This document shows, piece by piece, positions 49,316-61,200 of a DNA stretch of 64,000 bases (position 1 is the stretch's first letter; every line of letters starts with the position of its first letter). Source of the stretch: Blepharisma stoltei ATCC 30299. Taxonomy: Eukaryota; Protista; Ciliophora. The translations under genes were made by a program, and so were the position numbers. The stretch spans positions 62,001 to 126,000 of the forward strand of contig CBFDEM010000052.1 of the NCBI GenBank assembly GCA_965603825.1, given 5' to 3'. Below the pieces are notes generated by a model. It was not told the DNA's origin. It searched no databases and worked only from the letters and a program-made list of their open reading frames with translations.

Positions 49316-50242
49316 ATGGCTAAACTTTTAACGGACCCTATAGTAGACGTTTCCGATGAGAAAACGCCTGATCAACCTTCAAACTCTCCTAAAAAAAGCT
49401 ATCACAAAAGATCTCAATCCACTGCTGACAAGTCTTTTGTTATCGAAAACATGAGCCCAAGAAAGTCAAAAGAAATTAAAGGAAAGCAAATGTGGAATGC
49501 AGTCCAATCTAGAAAAGAACTTGATAAAAAAATCCAGGCAATACAAAACAGAATCAAACACTTAGAAAAAGAAGAAACTAAGGCTAAAAAAGTTATTGAA
49601 ATGTCAAATAAGCGACAAGGCGAAAGAAAAAATGTAAGAGGAAATCATGAAAACCATGTCCAATTAAAGATTGATACAAAAATAAAACGAGATAAAGACC
49701 TTGAGGCTAAAAAACAAAGAATTTCAATAGAAAATGAAAATAGGAAAAACAAGCTGAATGAGACAAAAAATAATTTGCTGCAAAGAAATTTAACTGCAAA
49801 GCAGAAAATTAAACAGCAGCAAGAAACTAATGAAAATTTGACGAGAAGTTTTATGGAAAAAGTAAAATCAGAAAATAAAGAAAAAGCTCAGTTGATGTAC
49901 AAGGCAGAGAAAATGACCAAGCATAAGCGAAGCTTAAGCGCAAGGCTCGATTTTCAGTCAAAAGAAATTAATTATATCCAGAAGCTAGAATATGAGCAAA
50001 AGACCCAAGAGTTGCAAGAAGGAGAACTCGAGAGACTAGAGAAAATGGAAGAAGAGATCATTGAACGACTAAAATACACCAAATGTCTTGAAAGAGAAAC
50101 ACTCAGTAAAGAACTAAGTTCTTCGATGGTGATTTCAAGACCTTTTATGACTCCAACAAAGTTGGATGACCCTTTGATGAATACCCAAAGAATTTTCTTT
50201 AAGCAATCTCCAAAGTCATCAATTTTAAAGAAAAGTATTTAA
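49316..50242 (+). CDS. Basic coiled-coil protein (308 aa)
   Basis: First ATG at 49316; K/E/R-rich heptads. Confidence 0.8.
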   Translation: MAKLLTDPIVDVSDEKTPDQPSNSPKKSYHKRSQSTADKSFVIENMSPRKSKEIKGKQMWNAVQSRKELDKKIQAIQNRIKHLEKEETKAKKVIEMSNKRQGERKNVRGNHENHVQLKIDTKIKRDKDLEAKKQRISIENENRKNKLNETKNNLLQRNLTAKQKIKQQQETNENLTRSFMEKVKSENKEKAQLMYKAEKMTKHKRSLSARLDFQSKEINYIQKLEYEQKTQELQEGELERLEKMEEEIIERLKYTKCLERETLSKELSSSMVISRPFMTPTKLDDPLMNTQRIFFKQSPKSSILKKSI

Positions 50243-50433
50243 CTAACCAATTTATGTAATAATTTTTATGTAAATAATAAAAATCTTATCATTATGCATT
50301 AAAATATCTTTTAGGATTTTAATTTTTGACTTAAACAATAAAAATGAAATCCTATACAAAATGGACAGCTTTTTAAGTATCCATTTTGGATACGCAGATC
50401 CTTTAGATATCTATTTAGCGTAATAATCTTCAG

Positions 50434-53400
50434 ATGAGGAAATTTTCGTTCTACTCTGTATTTATGATACTATCTAGTGCGGTCGACATCACAATCATAA
50501 GATCACAATATACCCAGTCATTTTTAGACTCATATTCTTTCACTCAGCCTTATAATTCTCTTGATCTAAACTTCTACAACGCAAACTCGTCATCTGGCTT
50601 GACGGATTATTTAAGCTATTACGAAGACCAAGTGGTATTGGATCTCACGAATTCTTTAATTTACTCTGAAATAATTTCCCAAATTTCAGAACGTCAAAAC
50701 CTGCTGCATGTCAAAGTTGACAATTTTTACTTGACGTCAGGTAAAAATTCTTTCACATTAGCCATACCAGTGAAAAATGAAATTTTATCAGCTGGCCAGC
50801 TTTTAAACAGCCTAAATTTGTACTCGTATGGCATTATTTATTTGGAGGAATACAAAGAACAATATAACGACATTATAAATCCTGCAAATGTGGCATTGAT
50901 ACTGCCACATGAGTATAGTGATGAATATCTGAAGACGTTGCTAAATAAATATATCAGGTATTCCTCTGTTAATACTATAATTTTACTGCTGCCTGGAAAA
51001 TTGGCAGCGCAGGTTTTACAAGTGGCTGGGACTGATTTCGAAGACTTAGGATTTGTTTGGATTTTAATGCCAATTGCTGATTATTTATCCTATTCAAAAA
51101 ATACCTCCTTAGAAAATGATGGGCCAATTCTTATGTACTCATCCAGCACTTCTTTAAAATCCAAGCTAACTCTGCTCTATTTTTCATTAAATTTATGCTC
51201 AGAAGCCAATTTTGGCTTACTTGACTGCTTCCAAAAATCCATTGACTTTGACGAAAATCACCAATTATTAGCAAACTACACCATTCTAAACACCCAAAAT
51301 TCCTCTTACATAAACGTAGGAAACGCCACTATTTCTTCTTGCAGCTTATCAGACTCACTAAAATGGTCTCACGGGTCAATAACAGAAAAAACCATATCTA
51401 TCTCCCAAGATGCAGGGCTTTATTCAGCAGCTGGGGCTTATATATCATTTTTAGCCCCATCTTATCACGGGAACGAGCTAGGTGTCAGCTATGTCAACAA
51501 TAACTCAACAATCCTCACAGGGTTCAAGCTAAAAAGAAATACTTATAACTTTGGAAGCTTATATTACAATAAAACATTTATGGAAAGCACATTTAATGAA
51601 GCCAAAGGACAGTTAAAAACCCTTATGATAGCTCCTGCCTTATCAGACGTGGCCATTCACTTGTATTATACTATGCATAATAATTCAGTTAGCTTGCCGA
51701 TGATTGGGTATTCTAATACCGTTGACTCTTTGTCGTCGCCTACAAGTTTTCCTATGTTTTCAAGGGTGAATATGGCTTCTGGGTATATAGGATATGTCCT
51801 AGGGATAATTTTGAACTATTTTGGGTGGTCAAATGTAGGTGTTTTGTACCTGGATAATGTTTTTGCCACAAATGTATTTAATGCATTTGCAGACGAATGC
51901 AAGCAAAAACAGATAAAAATTGTAAATGAAGGCAAAGAAAGGCTGCCTGATAATTCCCCATCATGGAAGCATGAAGAAATTGATCCGACTTTGATAAATT
52001 TAGGAAAAAGTGAAGCAAGAATTATTTTGATGATTTGTTATACCCAAGACGCAACGAGCATTATTACAAGACTATGGGAGCTTGGGTACCATGGAGATAA
52101 TCGTGTAATTATAGCTGTGGGATGGCTTGCAACAAGCATGGTCATGCAAAATGAGTCTGACCCTTCTTATAACGCTACCCAGCTTCATATATTAAGAGAG
52201 TCTTTGAGAGGGTCATTGATGTTTTTCCCTGTTTCTTATGCTGGTGCATTTGGTCAAAAGGTCTATAATGATTATACATATAATTATAAGACTGATCCGA
52301 TTGGCTATACAGGCTTTGCATTTGATTCAATTCTTGCTTCTGCTTATGCTATTGAACAGGTCATTGTACAAGGAAAAGACTACAATGACCCTAATGTCTT
52401 AATGAGCGCTATAAGAAATCTCAGATTTACAGGTGCTACAGGTTTAGTTAAAATAGAGCAGAACACAAATGACAGAGCAGTGATGGATCATTCCATATAC
52501 AATTGTAAAGAAATATCAGAAAATAACTGGGAAATAAAAATAGTTGGCGTTTATTCACCAACTGGCTCCCAAGTTTTTAGTTATACTGATAATATTATAT
52601 GGCCAGATGGGACTCCTATAACTCCTCCAGATGTCCCGATACCTAAAAGCTGCCCATATGATGACTCAGAAATTGAGCCATCCACATCTGGGCATGTAAT
52701 GGTCTGCATTATAGGGTTAATTGTTTTATTCGTTGCTATTTTACCGAGTATTTGTACATGGAAATACTGAAAAGACGTAAAATACTCAGAAATTTTAAAA
52801 AAAACTGAAATGACATTTTATGATATGGTAGCAATTAGTAGGATTTTTATCGAATTTTTTCAGTTAGTAGGGATCGCTCCTTCAATTCCAGCAATTTTTA
52901 ATATGATAAAATTTGTTGGAAATTCCTTGTCTTTGAATTTAGATAAAATGTATATACTCGATAAAACTTATTTTTGGATTTCTATGCAAGCTGCTTTTGG
53001 AGCTTTAGGTGCATCTTTTATAATAAGATTTGCTTATATTATGAAAATTCATGTACCTTTTGTGAAAATTATCATGTCAAGTGTGTGGGATTTATTTTAT
53101 GTTGCGATTTTGTCGACACTTCTTAATGTATTTGTATGTAAGAATGGGGTTGGTGAAGAACTTGATGAGACAATATTAATTTTTGACTGTTTTACTATGT
53201 GTTGGAAAGGGACACACTTGATTTATGCTATTATTTCTTTTTTTGTTATCATTTTTTACGTTTTATTATCAGTAATAGAAAGACCAAGATGGCAAGCATC
53301 AAATGAAGCTGAGCAGAATATTCATTTATCTCCAAGTTTTTTGACGATAAAATCTCTTTTATTTACACTCACTATTGTCATTAAAAAAATCGTAAATACA

Positions 53401-53874
53401 GATTTACCTGTTATTTACCTGGGCTTCTTCACAATGATGAGCATTTTATATCTCGGAATCATTGCATTTATAAAGCCTTATAACCTTAAAATTTTGAATC
53501 TTTGGTATATACTCAGTATGATCGCCCTATGCTGGCTTAATCTTATAGGAATTCTTTATTACATTATGGAAGCCGAAAGCACCATTCTTTGACTGTCTTT
53601 GCTATCTATAGGCTGGGGCTGTATATGCTTTGGAGGTCTTGCTTACCAGAAATCTCGAAATTTATATTGGCCTTTTAGCAGTGGTATTGATAAAAATGAA
53701 AAGCTATATAAATTCGCCTTCAAGAGTAGCAGTGTTGTGGACGCCCAAAAAATAATTCACCAGCTTCGGAAATTTAACCTTGAAAGTTCTCCAACATTTA
53801 ATGAAGTGACGTTTAGGAACCAAAATGATATAAGTGAAGATAACTCGGTAAGAGTGTCTATGGCATTTAACTAA
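50434..53874 (+). CDS. Signal peptide + Venus-flytrap (ANF-receptor/GABA-B-like) ectodomain + multipass membrane receptor (1146 aa)
   Basis: PMIGYSNT..LSSPTSFPMFSRV, YFGWSNVGVLY, SEARIILM, AFDSILASAYAI, LRFTGATGLVK, IIWPDG, then about 7-8 hydrophobic segments. Joined by TGA at 52768 and 53590. Confidence 0.88.
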
Positions 53875-53939
53875 TGAAGAGGGTAAAGAGTAATAAGGTC
53901 ATAAATAGCTTAAAATCTTAACTAATTAAGCTTATAAAT

Positions 53940-54200
53940 TGAATAGAGGATTGGATATAATGATGAAGTTTTCTATTCAAAAATATATCTTGTTCTGAAT
54001 CTTCAAATATGATACTTTTTAGACGTTTTGGGTTTGAATTTTCAAGGCTTCTTCTAAAATGCTTAAGAGAGCTTCCTCAGTTGTCAGTTCAAATAAAAAA
54101 TATCTGTTTTCACCAATCTCCATAAAAAAACTGTTTCAAGCTGCGATCCTCTGATTTTTTAAATTTTTTTCTGCAATCCTGATACACCTTTAAAGAGCCT
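53940..54200 (-). pseudogene. Heavily decayed 3' remnant of the HEXXH gene (weak similarity may extend to ~54450)
   Basis: TGAAGTTTTCTaTTCAAAaATATATCTTG, TTTTCAAGGCTtCTTCTAAA, CTGTTTCAAGCTGcG and CCTGatACACCTTT are colinear with 1590-1858. Confidence 0.75.
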
Positions 54201-55266
54201 CTTTCATAAGGTAGAGTTTATTATTTTTATGAGTACTTATATATTTGAAATCTTTTATTTATTTATCAAATAAGGGCTAGATGGGATGCATAAAAGATTT
54301 ATTTATGAAAACGAAGCAATAGGGAATAATTTTTTTGGAATTAATTGTCTACCACCTTATGATATAACTTCCAACATTTTTAAGGGAATATTTATGGTTG
54401 TTTTCTTATAAGGCAGCGTATGTCTTTTATAAGTTTAGTAGAGAAAGAAAATAAATTGAGTTTTCAAAAATAAATAAATTTATTTTGTTTGAAGCTTAAG
54501 CAACTTTAGAATAAAAAGCAAATTATAAATGTAAGTATTAGATACTTATCGATTTCTGCGAATAAATAAGATGAATACCTAAAAGGATTGAAACGAGTGT
54601 CGCAATATTGAATGATTTTTAATAAACTTCATTTTGAGAATAATTCATGATCTTCAAAAATAATAGCAATATGACTGGAAAGACTGCATCAACATATTTT
54701 ATTTAAATAAAAGATAGCTGATAATTTTATCAGACATTTGAAATGCAGCCTCATAATATTTGCAGACTATAAATTTTAAGCACGGATTTAGAGAGCTAAA
54801 TTTAAATTGCGCTCATGCTATATTATATGATATTAAGTTGTGTTTTATTTAAAATATGTAAGCTGAATAAGGTTTTAATTTTATCTCGTCTTTATGAAGA
54901 TTAGAAATTTGCTTTCCCTAAATTTTATAATTCCCGAAATTTTAAGCTTAATGTATGTAAGGTAGCCCCATTTTTATTTTTAACCTCTTTTAATTTCTCC
55001 ACTAATTTAACATATACCAAATACCTTAAAGATTTTTAGCTACAACCATAACATATGCTCGTCTTCGAGAATAAACCAAAATTAGGCACAGAAATTATAC
55101 TCATTTATAAAAAAATAATAAATATTATTAAGGTATGGTATATTGTAAAATAATACGATTTTTAATTTTGATCAAATCAAAGTGGCTGTTTTCAAGCTGA
55201 GAAGCAAACGAGTAAACGAGAATTCATCAATCTCCATATTTTTATGCATAAATTCGGGAAAAATTA

Positions 55267-58200
55267 ATGAAGTATAATAATATGGAGGCCGATTCTGAAA
55301 CCAAAGAAAGTGCAGTTGATATAAAAAATAATGTGGAAGGAGAATTTTCCTCTGGTGTATTATCAGGTGTGCTATCAGCAGGTAGAATGGTATTTAACTC
55401 AGCCAAAAAAATTTCCTCAGTCATTAGCAATGTGTACTATAATGAGAAAGGCATGAGTGATGAGCAGATACCGTTTGAATTTCTTGATATACATTCTCAG
55501 GATGTGAAAAACTCTGAAAAAATTATAAAATTTAATAAAGAAACTTTGAATGGATATAAATATGTGTTCGTCCTTTACAATCTACCTGATAAATGGCTTG
55601 CAGATTTTAAACTAGTCGCTTCTTTTGTATCAAGAGAAAGAAAAATGCAGAGATTTGCTTTGGAATACATCAATAATGATAAGAAACTATTCAGCACCAA
55701 TGACAAACTAAGGCTGTTTATTTTAAAACATCAAAATCTTGATAGTGAATTTACCTTAAAATTTATTAAGACCGGATCGATAAAGAATTTGGTATTGCCA
55801 GATGAACGACATAGGCATTTTGATCAGTCATCCTATCAATTTGTATTTAATTTAGATATCTCAAATAAAAATAAAAAAAATAAGCCTTCTGGGAGACCTA
55901 GGTCAAGTAACCTTTATATGCTTTTCTACTTCTCAGTTTATCTATTTAGTGAAACTGACTGGGAAAAAACAGTCCCTACTCTTTTAGACTGCTATAAAAG
56001 AGACTGCGAATTAAACCATTTAGATCAAGATGAGCATATAGAAGAAACTATAAGATTTTTATTCTTTATTTTGGAAAAAGTTTTAATGTGCTCAAGTTCT
56101 TTGGAATTAAAACTCGAAATAGTTCTTGGCTACTTCTCTTGCCTTCCAACCGATATATTCTTGAAGTTTGATTTTTTTGGAAAAGAAATACTTTTTAGCA
56201 TGGTGACGCCAGCCATTCATCAAAATTTAAGACCAAAAATTGATTGTGGAATTGCCTCATTGGTTGCTTTAGCATTTAAATCAAGGTCAGCAAAGTGAAT
56301 AGAGTTTTGCCAATTCATAGAAGACTCCAATGAATTTCTAAAATTAATCAAATTGTTTGATAAAAATAAAATAAAACTTCAAGATGACGAATACGATGTT
56401 TTTGCTAATAGAATTTTAAATTTTTCACCAGATTATAGGCTTTGACTGGAATTAGAGTTGAATATTCTGGTACTCAGCCCATCAATTTATTTAAAGAAAG
56501 CTTATTTATTCATGAAAAAATATAAAGAGATTGAAGAAAACATAATAATAGCAAGCATTAATAAGTATTTTGGAGCAAATAAAATAAAACTCAAAGAAAT
56601 TTCTGAAATTTTTTCAACTCTTCATATCCTTGAGTGTCCAAAATTCAATTTATTAATTCTCGCATCAAATCTAAAAATTATTATCCAAAGGTATTTTAAG
56701 TATTTCAAATACTCAAAAGATAAAATAAAATACTTAAAAGACATTTTCAATAAGAAATCAAATGAACCATTATGCGGTCTTAGCCCTTATCAATTGTGCC
56801 ATAATATTATTTCAGATAGCTTAGAATTGGTTTCATTTTCTGAGTTATTTAGAAATTTTGAACTAAGTCAAGGCGATTGGCAAATTTTATTTGACCTTTG
56901 GTTAAACAACTATGAATTTAAGAAAATTGAAAATATTTGTGAATTAATTTTAGATATTGATGAATTTTTTTGTCTTATAAAGGATAGCTCACAAAAACTC
57001 TTGCTTTCTATCAAGTTTGGTGATAAACTCCAATGAGAAAAAGAAAGAAATACTGAGCTAGTAAATCTAGCAAGATATTTTGATAATTGCAAAGAAAAAT
57101 TAATCAAGATCAAATATATTTCATTTGTATGCAACAATATCATCAACAATCTCGCAAAAGATGATTTGGATAAATTCACCAAAGATATTATGAACTCAGA
57201 AATTTTTAAAATTTTCCAAAAATACCTGGAATTCAGCTTGGACACTGATATAGAAGAAAAAATACTTGCAGGGATAATTAGTGATCATGCACTGCTCAAA
57301 TTAATAACTTATAAAGAATACTTACAAAATACAGCTGAATTTTGCAAACTATCCCAAATTATTTCAAATTTATGAAGCTTAATTAATGAAAATAAGATAA
57401 AAATCAATAGTCTCGGAAAAATTTCCCATCAAAATGACATGCAAAGATATCATTTTCTTTGACTTATAAATCAATTTCAAGATCAGACTGAAGCAAACTT
57501 TGAAATAATTTTAAATGACCGGCTTTGCAAGTATAATGAGATAGCTGAAACAGTTGTATGGATGGACAAGCTCATTGATTTTCTGTGTAAAGATAAAAAC
57601 TTGCAGGAGATAAGCTTGATGAAGAAAGAATATGAAAAATACACAGAAAAAAGCTTGCCTGAATTCTCCTTTTCATTAAAATCGAAACCTTTGAGAGTGC
57701 TTGCTATGAAAACCAAAAATATTATTGATTCAAAATTATATAATAATGAGTACCTGAATTTAATCAGCTCTAGAGGAATAATAAATTCTTCAAGCATTCT
57801 CTCTATAGCAAATGAAGCTTTAGAAAACGTGAAAGAAAGCTTACGGTCAATCATTGACGCCTCTCCAAACTTATTAATTAAAGGAAAAGATGTTGCATAT
57901 TTGCTTCGTGAAGACTCTCATAGAATATCCGAAATTCTTTTATTTTTATTTGATAAAAAAGAACACGATAAAATTGAGCAATTGATGCTAAGCTTAGATC
58001 TACTCAAACTCAGAGAAAAAATCATGGAAAAATCTGACTTACTTAAGAAGCTTGAAATAATAATAATTGCAGAAGAAAATACATTTTTATCATATTTAGA
58101 CTTGCCAACTTCAATATACAATCATGAAAGCTTATCTGATTTACTTGAAAAAAAAGAAGAAATAAGAAATTTAAACGAAAAATTAACTATGGGTATAGAT

Positions 58201-61200
58201 GATAGCAAAGTATTTAGCGTAATTAAAGAAATGGTAGAATCGCCAGATTTATGGAATTTGATTAGAGAAATTGAAAGAGGAGTTATCAATCAGCTAAAAA
58301 TAAAATATGATCTTTTCGGAAAAGATTTTAACTCTATTCAAATAGTTTTAGATCTTGAAACAGCGTGAAATTTATTTACAAATATTTACAAGTTATCATC
58401 TATAGATTCTCCTGATAAATATGTTTTGCTTTTTCAAGCTATTCAAAACTCAATTGAAGAAACAAAATTAATTGATGAAGTTATTAGCCATTGCAGAATC
58501 AATTTGAATTTTCTACGCAAGCTAAAAGAGAGCTTATATGAGAGTGAAAATACCAAGATAAAGCAAATTTCGAGCATACTCGCTAAGTCAACACTTCAGT
58601 TTAATTTTGTGGAAAATGAATTTCATATGATACTTTTTTCAAGCTCAGATAAATTTAATCAGCGATCTCTTGTTGATGTAAAAGATTGAGCAGTTTTATT
58701 TAACCGTAAAGTTGATGAGGAAAATCAATATTCGAAATTTGCATGCTTGATAGAGGATTGTATGAAAATATTATTTTATTTGAACTCTCTTTATGGATTA
58801 GGGTTTCTTAAAGAAATAATACCACCAGAAGTTGAAATTGAAGAGGAAAAAGTATTTTGCAGAGAAGGTGAAAACAGTGGGATAATATGTGTGGAGGATT
58901 ATCAAAATATGTTGAAAGATAGATATAGTGAGTGGCTAAATACCTTAGAGCAATGCTATAAAAATAGCTATTTATTGACTTTCTTAAAAGGCAGAGATTT
59001 TTGGATTTTTAAAAACTTTTTTAACTCAGGAAAAATATCACATAAGCTAATGCACTTAATGGGTTTTATGAATATCAAAGTCAAAGAATACTGTGAAATC
59101 CAAGGCAGCCCAAACAAGCAGCTTCAAAATCTCTCTAAAATACTTGAATCTTATAATGAAAAGCCCACCAAGGCAAATAAATTTCAGCGCTACTTTCCAT
59201 TCATAGTCTGCTCTAAAACATTGTATGGGATTATAAAAATTTTCAAAAATTCAGTTCCTTCTGCATCTCAAATTTTATTTTGCCACGAATTTACAGAATG
59301 AAAAGACATTATTTCTTTTGTCTATAGATCTGTGACAGATCCTAATAAAAGACTGCATATTCTTGTGCATTGTGAGAATTTACGTACTGGGGTCCAGAAT
59401 GCTTTTCTTATCTTATTTGATAAACTTTTAAATGATTCTCAATTAAAGTTCAAGTTTGGAGCTATATCACTAGATGACAACTCCTCAATTGGTGCTTATT
59501 TTAAAAATTCATCAAAAACTAATATTATTGATTGCGATATAAAGCAAGATGAGGTAGAAAACACAATAAAAAAATCAAATATAAAGAAGGCTTTTGTTTA
59601 TTGTTCCAAAAGAGCTGGGATTGGAAAAACTACTGCAATCAGAAATATTGCAAAACACTTTAATAAGAAATTTGTTACATTTAATATAGCAGGAAATGTA
59701 AACATAGTTAAACTATGTAAAAGGCTTTCAGAAATTAAAATGCCTTCTGAGAGTGATTTATATTTTCAAATCAGCCATATCAGTAATCCAGAAATTGCTA
59801 ATGAAATCTTAATAAACATTTGCCTTTTTAGAGTTTTGAATTATTCTGATTATCTTATAGTTTTTCCTGATAAAATAGATATATATATTGAAGTTGCCAG
59901 CACGCATAATGGATGGCTCTATGAATCAATTGACTATCTTAAATATTGCGAAACTAAGACTGTGAGTCTGAGAATTGAACATCTAGATGTGGAGAGCAAT
60001 ATTCCGAAATGCGAGCGCCTTGTGCATAATCTTGTACGATATGCATGGAACAATTGATACCAAGTTGATTTAAGAGAAAAAGACTTTAATCGCACAGCAA
60101 TTCGCTGACTTTGGCAAAATTATGATAATCTATTATCTAATGAAAATTTGCCGCTCATTCAACTAAAGGTGTTTTTTACTCTTTTAAGCACACTTATTAA
60201 TAATTTTGACAAAGGTTTTGAAAAAATATTACCCTTAGGGCAGAAAGAAAGAAGAAGCATTTTCTCTATGAATTCTGAGAAACCGATTGAAATTAATGAG
60301 TTAAAAAAAGAAGTTTTTAGAGGTTATTTAGAAACTGCAAAGGATTTGGCTTTTAGCTCCGCTAATATTATTGAAAGAAAACAGTCTAAAGAATGAAACA
60401 TCTTGCATAAAAAAACAAAACTGGATTACCAAGATCAAGAAGAGATTGGTAGTCAACATATTTTAAATTGGCAATCTTATCATCAATCTTTAATAATTTT
60501 CAATGAAGAAGGAAACTATGCAATTTTGTCAAAAAATACTGCTCAAGAATCAGATACAGTTTGAAAACTTCAATATGCTCTTTCTAATCAGAATGAAAAA
60601 GCTTCAAATGTAATTAAGGGATTTAAGGAAGGGTTATATAGTAAAGAAAACTATTCTAAATTGCTTTCTTCTGAGCTTCTTGCCAAGCTTAAACAGTTTT
60701 TTAGAAATGAAAATTCCTCAGTTTATTATAAGAATTATGTGCTAACACCTGACAATTATTTAAAAATGCACTTAATCTATCTAAAGGCTGCAGCAAAAAT
60801 TCCAATCATAATAATTGGGGATACAGGGTGTGGGAAATCAGCTTTAATAAAATTTTTGGTAACAGAAATTCTGGTGAATCAAAATTTTAAAAAAATTGAT
60901 ATTCACAATGGAACAACCATTGAAATGATAAAACAAAGTATTGAAGAGGTTGAGCATGAAGCTGCTGACACTCCTGCTTGAGATACATGGGTATTATTTG
61001 ATGAATTTAACACCACAGAAAACGTTGGAATAATATGTGATATTATGTGCAGCAGAAAATTCGAAGGAAAAAACCTCCCAAAAAATATTAATTTTATCGG
61101 TACATGCAACCCATATCGAGTATCAAGAAAAAAAATTGAAAATATCGGCATTAAAAGCAAAAGGGTCGATCCTGAAAATCTAAAATTAGTCCATCATGTA

